Program-made: the position numbers and the translations under genes
Shown: positions 57,081 to 64,000 of the stretch, piece by piece
Layout: each line of letters begins with the position of its first letter
Position numbering within the stretch: position 1 is the first letter of the stretch
From: a virus
Lineage: Duplodnaviria > Caudoviricetes
Virus record (IMG/VR): IMGVR_UViG_3300020349_000003
Reading direction: 5' to 3' (one strand)
DNA: 64,000 nt
Notes under the pieces: model-generated
Told to the model about the DNA's origin: nothing
The model's database searches: none
Seen by the model: only the letters and a program-made list of their open reading frames with translations

Positions 57081-59834
57081 TTACTTACTCTTACTAGAAC
57101 TTAGTTTGGATGCCAACGATTTGAAGATTCCCATAAAGGATGCACCTTGTTGTTGTTGTGATTGCTGACTTAATCTTGCAACCGCTTCTGCACCCATTCT
57201 TGCCTGACTAGCAGCGGCTTTATTGGATGAGTTAACAGCAGAAGTAATCTCTCTAGCATTTTGACTAGATTGGTCATGCAGTCTGGACATGATATTACGT
57301 TTCTGTTGCGATGCTTCATACTTCATTATCTGTCTATGTCTTTCATTCTGTCTCTTCTTAAATTCCATCCTCTCTTCTTTCTTATCTTTTGCACCTTTAC
57401 CACCAAATATACCCTGTAATACTTGACCCAACCCACCAGACATTGAACCACCTTGTTTAGCAGAACTGCCTTTCTTAGTAGGCATTCCAAATATACCAAA
57501 TAAACTATCCATTAGTCCACCTTTTTCACCACCTTTACCACCAAGTCCACTTTCAGTTAGTAATCTAATTAAACTCGTTCCTATATTATCATCCTTACCG
57601 CTTGTTATATTACCAACTACACTCATTAATCCTTTTATCATAGCAGGGTTCATTCCACCTAACAAACCAGCCATATGATTAGATTGCTTATTACTAAACT
57701 GATAATTACCAAATTTAACAGCACCTCCACCAGTAAGCAATGCAGCCAACCCACCTTTCTTACCTATACCAGAAGCAGATTTGAATATTGTAGAACCAAT
57801 CAACTGACTTGCTTTTGCTGGATCTACACCAGTTTCTTGTATACGCTCCTTAAGTCTACCGCTTTCTTTTGCTAACTTCATTGCTTTACCAGCCATATTC
57901 AATTCATTATTAGAGAATTTTCTCTTAACTGCACCATTACCTACATTAGGATATTGTCCAGGAGCATTCAATATATCAGTAAGACTTCCACTATTTGCTC
58001 CAAATTGCATAGCATTACCAGTCTTATCGATAACTGCTTTCCTATTCATAACAGTTCTAGCCAAGAGGGCACTAGTAAGTTCATCACCACGATGAGAAGC
58101 AACCAATCTCTGTAATATACCTAATCCACCTGACTGGGGTTCTTGATATGCTTGAGGGTGTCCAAAAGCTCTTTGACCACCACCCTTTAATATAGAAGAA
58201 ATACCAGAGAGACCCAATCCACCACTTTCAAATCCTGGTGGACCATTATTAAATCCAAGTTGCTTAGCTTGTGCCAATCTCATCATAGTGAGCATTGGAT
58301 TTCTTCTAGTTGCAGCATTGTCAAACGGTACTATAAACCCATCATTACTACCAGATTTAGTAAACATTCCTTCCAACCCGTGAGCCACCAATGGTTGTCC
58401 ATTATGCTCTTCAAGATATCCTCCATGAGAACCATTCATCCATCTACCCATTTGCCCACCATTTGCATAAGAACCAATTGGACCACCACCTTCTCTAGAT
58501 GGTATATCATGACCTGCCCATTTTAAAAAATCACCTATACTAGTCTTATCACCATTAGCTACATTTTCAGCACTTTCGACAAGATTTTGAGTACTCATCT
58601 GTAGTTTCTGGAACATTTGATTCTTACTACCCAATGCAGATTCAAGTGTACCAGCAAGCTTGAGCAGCAGATTTGCTTTACCAGCTCCATCAGCATCATT
58701 CATCCTATCGCCAAATTCTTTACTTTCACCTTTGAAGGTTTTAATCAAACCCTTCATTTGCTCATTTGCTGTATACATTCCAGCAATAACACCTAATGCA
58801 TTAGGTGAATCACCATCCTTCTTAGATTCCTTTTCTCCACCCTTGAACCAATTCTTCGGGTTCCACTTATTCTCCTTCTTCTCTTCCTTCTTTTTTATTC
58901 CGAGTGCCTTAGCAATGTCAGTATCGTACATTGCAGTAGTAAGGTCTTCCCCAAACTGCTCTATAGAAAATGCTCTATCTGTACCTCTATTTCCACCTGA
59001 AGCATTAGGACTACTATCATCACCAGAATCTTCATTCTCCTTCTTACCTAATGCCCACTGAGCAAACTGAAAAAGTGAATATGCACCAACAGCACCACCA
59101 AGTAACCAAGCACCCTTACCCCATTTACCACCAGTTAAGAATTTTTTCCTCTTAGTTAATTGTGCCTTTGCTAATTTTGTTTTGATGGCAAGCATCTTGC
59201 CAACATTTGCCACAGATCTTAAAAGTTTAACTGGATTAGCTAAGAACTTGATGGCCAAAAATCCAGCAGCAAACTTAATCCAAAGTTTAGTAAACGATGT
59301 TATCTTTTTCCAAGGACTAGTTTTTTCATCAAACAAATCATGAAGTTCATTTACAGCATGAACAAACTGACTACTAAGAAAGTCAGTAATACCTTTTAGG
59401 ACTTTCCAAGTAGTCTCAAGTATCTTTTCTAATTTCTTTTTATTTGCTGGATCTGATAACCAATTCAATATTGGTCTAATAATGAATATCTTAAGTAAAC
59501 TTCCAAAGAAGGAAAGCATACTTTCTAAAAATCCCTTAACTTTATATGCTTTTATATTAAGCATTAAAGATTTAAATGGATTCCCTTTCTGCTTTGTATA
59601 TTTTGGTTTAAATTTTTGTTTTGATGCTTTAATATCTTCATTTAATCGATGAAGAGCAATATTCTTTAAAGCAACTACAGTTGAGGCAATACCATTAATG
59701 GTACGACCCATATTGTTTTGTGCCTGAGTCTGTACATTAAGACTTTTAGCGACTGGATCAACATCTCCACCAGAATCTGAGTTCGTATTTACGAACTTGT
59801 ACATATTAATCTTAGTAGATTTTGATATAGTCAT
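57081..59834 (-). CDS. Tape-measure-like protein with degenerate cell-wall-hydrolase-like segment
   Basis: 917 aa, helical, K/G/L-rich; N-terminus paralogous to 59860..62913. Confidence 0.55.
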   Translation of the reverse strand: MTISKSTKINMYKFVNTNSDSGGDVDPVAKSLNVQTQAQNNMGRTINGIASTVVALKNIALHRLNEDIKASKQKFKPKYTKQKGNPFKSLMLNIKAYKVKGFLESMLSFFGSLLKIFIIRPILNWLSDPANKKKLEKILETTWKVLKGITDFLSSQFVHAVNELHDLFDEKTSPWKKITSFTKLWIKFAAGFLAIKFLANPVKLLRSVANVGKMLAIKTKLAKAQLTKRKKFLTGGKWGKGAWLLGGAVGAYSLFQFAQWALGKKENEDSGDDSSPNASGGNRGTDRAFSIEQFGEDLTTAMYDTDIAKALGIKKKEEKKENKWNPKNWFKGGEKESKKDGDSPNALGVIAGMYTANEQMKGLIKTFKGESKEFGDRMNDADGAGKANLLLKLAGTLESALGSKNQMFQKLQMSTQNLVESAENVANGDKTSIGDFLKWAGHDIPSREGGGPIGSYANGGQMGRWMNGSHGGYLEEHNGQPLVAHGLEGMFTKSGSNDGFIVPFDNAATRRNPMLTMMRLAQAKQLGFNNGPPGFESGGLGLSGISSILKGGGQRAFGHPQAYQEPQSGGLGILQRLVASHRGDELTSALLARTVMNRKAVIDKTGNAMQFGANSGSLTDILNAPGQYPNVGNGAVKRKFSNNELNMAGKAMKLAKESGRLKERIQETGVDPAKASQLIGSTIFKSASGIGKKGGLAALLTGGGAVKFGNYQFSNKQSNHMAGLLGGMNPAMIKGLMSVVGNITSGKDDNIGTSLIRLLTESGLGGKGGEKGGLMDSLFGIFGMPTKKGSSAKQGGSMSGGLGQVLQGIFGGKGAKDKKEERMEFKKRQNERHRQIMKYEASQQKRNIMSRLHDQSSQNAREITSAVNSSNKAAASQARMGAEAVARLSQQSQQQQGASFMGIFKSLASKLSSSKSK

Positions 59835-59859
59835 TAATACACTATCTCCACCATTCTAT

Positions 59860-62800
59860 TTATTTACCAAATCCTAAACGACTTAGGAGTCCACCAGATC
59901 CACTGGAACCGCCTCCTCCACCGCCTGACTGAACTCCAACTGGTGTTGGAAGTGCCATAAGTTTTTGAATGACAACAGGGAAACTAACAACAGATATACT
60001 TCCAATCTCCTGCATAATTTTTTGCTTCTCTGATTCACCACCCTCTCTTAACATTTGTAGAGTATCAATGACACCAAACATTTCAGGACTCACACCCATT
60101 TCACTAGCAAGATCTATCATACCTTGTTCAAAGTTACCTCCGACCATACCAAGAGCTGCTTTAACAAGTCCACCATAACCATGCTTCTCTGCCATACCAG
60201 TAATAAAACCAGCAGCAGAGAAATCACCTGTTAATAGACTTGAAATTCCAACAACATCACCGAGACCCATATTCTGTAGGGTTGGTCCTAAGCCTGGTAT
60301 GGCTCCAAGGACACCTCCGAGTCCCATTTCATCTACACGATTACCAAGGTTGGCTAAGGTAGCACCTAAAGATGTACCATCAATAGCAGCATTAAATGCG
60401 GCACCATAGTTACCAGAGAGTATACCCACACCAATCTTACCCATCTTAGTACTCAAGAATCCACCTGGTCCATTCATGTTGGCCATAAAGTTACCAAACT
60501 TACTGAACCTCATATTTGTCATCCACTTAGGCATTGATATCGCATTAACAGTATTAATACTACTAAATGCCCCAGATAGACTCATTATGGCACCCAGTGG
60601 GTCACCACTTGCCAATGCCATAACAGCATTAATACCTTTTAATACTGGTCCTAACCAAGCAACAGCAGGGAACATTACTGGTAATGCCATCATCAAGATT
60701 TGTCCTAATGGACCACCCATGACATCTTTCACAGTATTAATAACTCCACCAACAAAACTACCAATACCTTTAAATACACTACCAATACCTTTACCAATAC
60801 CTTTAAGAAGACCACCAATAAAGAATGATGGTATTTTTCCACCACGTTCCCACGGCTTCCACCAAGGTTTACTCTTAGTAACTGGTTGGTCAGCAGAAGA
60901 ACCAGTACTATGCCTAGATGTTGTATCTTTGTGTGTAGAACCTATACCAAATGAACCTTCAGGAACACTATATCCATACTTTTTAACATCCCTCCTGACC
61001 ATCTTGTCAGTTTGAGACTTATTCCTAAAGAGTTTTAAGAATCCCCAACCTCTACCACCTGTCTTATCTTTTTGATAGTCAGATTCCTCTTTGGAAATAC
61101 TAGATCCAGAACCTTCTGCTTCAGTTATATGCTTTGTCTTATCTGCCTCTTTCTCAGCACCAATCCATTTATTAATACCATCAAATGCTTTACCTATCTC
61201 CTGTTTGGCACCTGATACTATATTCTTAGTAGTTCCAAAAGCACTATCGAACATATTGGCCATACCTGGAACTGCCTTAGTTCTCTCCCATTCCATTACA
61301 GATTCACCTATACCACCAGGAACAATCCTAGAAAGTAGGTATAGATCTAATGCCATACCAGCTGGTATTGCCCATTGCATACCTGGTACTAGATAACCAG
61401 ATAACTCTGCTCCTCCAGCAATAGATTCCAATACACCACCAACATTATCACCATTCTTAAACGAATCAACAGCAAAGTAAAAATTGACAAGAGCACCCAA
61501 AAGAGGTATATCCTTTAACCTTGAAGCACCTACTTTCTTTGCTCCTGCACCTCTAATAAGTTTACCAACAGGAGAATTTTTAACCGCATTATTAAACGGT
61601 TTCGTCACATTTTGAACTTGATTCTGAATCGGTTTAACCTTTTTCCATACAGGTTCAAGGAACCTCTTGGAAACTGCATCCATACCCTTCTTGGGGATTT
61701 TACTTAGATAATCCCAACCATTAGTACCCCACTTTCCTATTTTGTTGACACCACCAGTTACCCCATTAACTGTCTTCTTCCACCTAGTATTCATCCACTT
61801 ACCGAAGGCGTTTTCCTTCATTGGTACAGGAACACGGAAATCTTTAAAATCTAATTTCTTTAATAAATTACCAAACTTACTACCCTTTCCAAAAAACTTC
61901 TTAAGAGTTTGAGAAACTGTTTTTCCAGCCTCAAATGCCTTACCACCCTTCTTAGATCCAGATGCTATATGGGGAAATAATGTATTGGTAGTCTTAGCAA
62001 TATCTGCTGCATTCGTTACACCCTTAAAACCCTTTTTAAAATTATTAAATTGCTTCCCAATGAACCTAATCGGTTTCATTATGGGTTTGCCAAACTTCTT
62101 GATGGTACTAACCATCTTCTTAAGACGTTTACTCTCCTTAAGGGCATTAAATCCCTTCTTAATTCGTTTACCCCAAAGTCTCTTTAATCCCCCTATCCTC
62201 AACTTTGGCAATCGCCAATTCATTATAAAGTCAAGTAACCCTACAATATCAGTTACTGCTGCAAACGGATTGAGCAACCATCGCATCATGGTAAGCCCAA
62301 ACATGAGCTTACCTAACCCACGTACTCTATCAAAGAATGAATCCTTACCGTCTTTACCTCCAGCCCCCATGAGATCTGAGAGTCCATCAAGAATATTATC
62401 CTTTACAATCCAAGATACAAATGAATATAATTTCTTTACAACAAAGACAAACTTCTTTAAAAATGTTTTTAACGCTGTTTTATTCTTCGGATCTTCCAAC
62501 CAATTAAGAATACTCTTAATGACTGTAAGTTTAATTAACCATCCAAAGAATTCTACTATGGGTCTAAGGAACCCATTTAACCAACCAAATTTCTTTTTCG
62601 CTAAACCCTTTTGTTTACCATCGGGTTTAACTTTACCACCTTTTTGGAACGACTTATCTAATTCTGCTGCTTCCTCTGCTTCAGCATCCCTTTCTCTTTG
62701 TTCTGCTCTTCGTTGTGCCTGTTCTGCTAGTATTCTATTTGCTGCACTCTTGACAGCAATCTGTCTCATATCCCATACAACGTTACCTATACTAGCAACA

Positions 62801-62913
62801 CTATTACCTATTCTATTGGTAGCAGTAATAGATTTTCTTGCAGCAAAAAGTGCTGGTGTAATTTTACCCTTTACTCCAGCATTTACAAACTTATGTGTAA
62901 ACTTATTTGCCAC
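59860..62913 (-). CDS. Tape-measure-like protein
   Basis: 1017 aa, GTG start, amphipathic G/K/F repeats; directly after gp26-gp51. Confidence 0.6.
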   Translation of the reverse strand: MANKFTHKFVNAGVKGKITPALFAARKSITATNRIGNSVASIGNVVWDMRQIAVKSAANRILAEQAQRRAEQRERDAEAEEAAELDKSFQKGGKVKPDGKQKGLAKKKFGWLNGFLRPIVEFFGWLIKLTVIKSILNWLEDPKNKTALKTFLKKFVFVVKKLYSFVSWIVKDNILDGLSDLMGAGGKDGKDSFFDRVRGLGKLMFGLTMMRWLLNPFAAVTDIVGLLDFIMNWRLPKLRIGGLKRLWGKRIKKGFNALKESKRLKKMVSTIKKFGKPIMKPIRFIGKQFNNFKKGFKGVTNAADIAKTTNTLFPHIASGSKKGGKAFEAGKTVSQTLKKFFGKGSKFGNLLKKLDFKDFRVPVPMKENAFGKWMNTRWKKTVNGVTGGVNKIGKWGTNGWDYLSKIPKKGMDAVSKRFLEPVWKKVKPIQNQVQNVTKPFNNAVKNSPVGKLIRGAGAKKVGASRLKDIPLLGALVNFYFAVDSFKNGDNVGGVLESIAGGAELSGYLVPGMQWAIPAGMALDLYLLSRIVPGGIGESVMEWERTKAVPGMANMFDSAFGTTKNIVSGAKQEIGKAFDGINKWIGAEKEADKTKHITEAEGSGSSISKEESDYQKDKTGGRGWGFLKLFRNKSQTDKMVRRDVKKYGYSVPEGSFGIGSTHKDTTSRHSTGSSADQPVTKSKPWWKPWERGGKIPSFFIGGLLKGIGKGIGSVFKGIGSFVGGVINTVKDVMGGPLGQILMMALPVMFPAVAWLGPVLKGINAVMALASGDPLGAIMSLSGAFSSINTVNAISMPKWMTNMRFSKFGNFMANMNGPGGFLSTKMGKIGVGILSGNYGAAFNAAIDGTSLGATLANLGNRVDEMGLGGVLGAIPGLGPTLQNMGLGDVVGISSLLTGDFSAAGFITGMAEKHGYGGLVKAALGMVGGNFEQGMIDLASEMGVSPEMFGVIDTLQMLREGGESEKQKIMQEIGSISVVSFPVVIQKLMALPTPVGVQSGGGGGGSSGSGGLLSRLGFGK

Positions 62914-62915
62914 TA

Positions 62916-63122
62916 TTATTTACGTTGTTGGTTGACTCGCTCTTCCTCCATTCGTTTATTTTCTTCTTTAAGATAGTTCATCAAGAGATTCATATAGATC
63001 TCTTTCTCGAATGGTATTAAATTATCAATATAGTCACATGACCACTTATGGTGGTGCATTAGAGCAAAATTAACCTCGTAGAAGCTTTGTAACGTCTGAT
63101 GGAGTAGAGCTATCCGAAAAAA
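62916..63122 (-). CDS. gp51: gp51-like baseplate assembly protein; first ATG at 63059, frame open back to the slippery site at 63122
   Basis: Not in track. Reads (FFRIALLHQTLQSFYEVNFAL)MHHHKWSCDYIDNLIPFEKEIYMNLLMNYLKEENKRMEEERVNQQRK. Confidence 0.8.
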   Translation of the reverse strand, partial: FFRIALLHQTLQSFYEVNFALMHHHKWSCDYIDNLIPFEKEIYMNLLMNYLKEENKRMEEERVNQQRK

Positions 63123-63820
63123 GCTGATAAACCTTCCAGAGTTATATCACTTATAACTTTCGTCTTAGGATTAGTCACCTTAACAGTATGAGAGAGTTTA
63201 GGCATACTATCAAAGAAATCTTGGACTTCTTGGAACTGCTTACTACTCAATTGGTCGAAAAATTCCACCAATTCCTCTTTAGGTGTATCCATAGCATCAT
63301 ATACCTGTTCTTCATCAGCAATCTGCTTTACACAACTTGCTGCCATTTCAAATACAGAATCTACAGTAGGTTCTTCATCTTGGAAATTCATTTGAACGAA
63401 TGTATCTAAACTAGGGTAACCCATAGTTAATATGACATCTGGGCCCAATTTAATTTCTTTTTTGTGCTTCTTATCTTTCTTAACCTTAATTTCATTTAAA
63501 GGTATCTTAACAGGAACTTCCGTTACTCCATCATCAGGACATGTTACATTGACTTCAACAGCCTCACCAACTGATTTGGTACGGATCTGTAGGAAGACAA
63601 ATTCAATGTCAAAAGTTGGAAGATCGTCGATATCATGAATGTCAGTACATTCTACAATAATATTTTTAATTGCACCAACAATATCTTCTTGACTGCCTGT
63701 CTCAGTTGCTAGGAGTAGCAATTTCTCTTCTTTTACAAGAAAAGGTCTAAAGTTCACTGTTCTGCCATCAGACGGCAGTTTCATTTTGTACTTAGGTACA
63801 TTTAATTTAGGTAATGGCAT
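63110..63820 (-). CDS. gp26: Baseplate hub assembly protein gp26
   Basis: MPLPKL..P.Y...LPS....FRPFLVKEEKLLL...FDIEFVFLQIRTKSVGE...LEGLSAFF. Confidence 0.92.
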   Translation of the reverse strand: MPLPKLNVPKYKMKLPSDGRTVNFRPFLVKEEKLLLLATETGSQEDIVGAIKNIIVECTDIHDIDDLPTFDIEFVFLQIRTKSVGEAVEVNVTCPDDGVTEVPVKIPLNEIKVKKDKKHKKEIKLGPDVILTMGYPSLDTFVQMNFQDEEPTVDSVFEMAASCVKQIADEEQVYDAMDTPKEELVEFFDQLSSKQFQEVQDFFDSMPKLSHTVKVTNPKTKVISDITLEGLSAFFG

Positions 63821-63840
63821 AGTGTTTTCAATTCATAAAA

Positions 63841-64000
63841 TTATTTATGGAAGTTCTCAGAACCACCACCTTTCCAAGGACTATGTTTTTCAACCGCTAA
63901 ACGGTATGCCATTTGGTGTGGTGTTTCTGGTTTCTCTTCCTCTTGGGGTTCTACCGAACATGGTGGATCATAATTATCGGGATTAGGGTCAGGTTTTGCC
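63841..64000 (-). CDS. 3' end of a hypothetical protein (partial)
   Basis: ...PETPHQMAYRLAVEKHSPWKGGGSENFHK stop; runs off the window. Confidence 0.55.
   Translation of the reverse strand, partial: AKPDPNPDNYDPPCSVEPQEEEKPETPHQMAYRLAVEKHSPWKGGGSENFHK
63842..63849 (-). promoter_or_regulatory. T4-type late promoter (CATAAATA)
   Basis: About 20 nt upstream of gp26. Similar NATAAATA sites at 59857, 55693, 54969, 45646, 40162 and 34807. Confidence 0.65.

Noticed and set aside
61985-62935. 316-aa plus-strand ORF
   Set aside because: Entirely antisense to the 1017-aa gene; composition is the mirror expected from its codon bias; no promoter or SD seen.

Overview
AT-rich 64 kb segment of a T4-like cyanomyovirus (Kyanoviridae-type; a Prochlorococcus or marine Synechococcus host is inferred from the low GC and the ho1, cpeT, CP12 and pyrE auxiliary genes). 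Essentially all real genes are on the minus strand. Reading in transcription order from 64000 to 1: (a) baseplate hub and tail module with gp26, gp51, two paralogous tape-measure-like proteins, a gp27-like hub, CP12, cpeT and gp5; (b) small ORFs, 2OG-Fe(II) oxygenases and pyrE; (c) three virion/fibre proteins and a cassette of glycine-rich adhesin-like fibres with two small Cys-rich partners; (d) a 14 kb early region of small ORFs with ten sigma70-type promoters carrying a shared upstream palindrome, containing a MutH/Sau3AI-like nuclease behind a structured RNA leader, a DGQH/ParB-like protein, two DNA methyltransferases, a JmjC/cupin oxygenase and a SF2 helicase; (e) a non-coding patch with clustered TTTTCCACA (DnaA-box-like) sites and divergent promoters; (f) PAAR, heme oxygenase and oxygenases, gp25, gp6 and a >3265-codon gp7-like ORF that runs off the window and is missing from the supplied ORF track. 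Best leads: a candidate programmed -1 frameshift fusing gp26 to gp51; the RNA-leader/MutH/DGQH/methylase locus; the DnaA-box origin candidate; the ALK/LTK-like polyglycine adhesin cassette. All family assignments are by-eye motif recognition; no searches were run.
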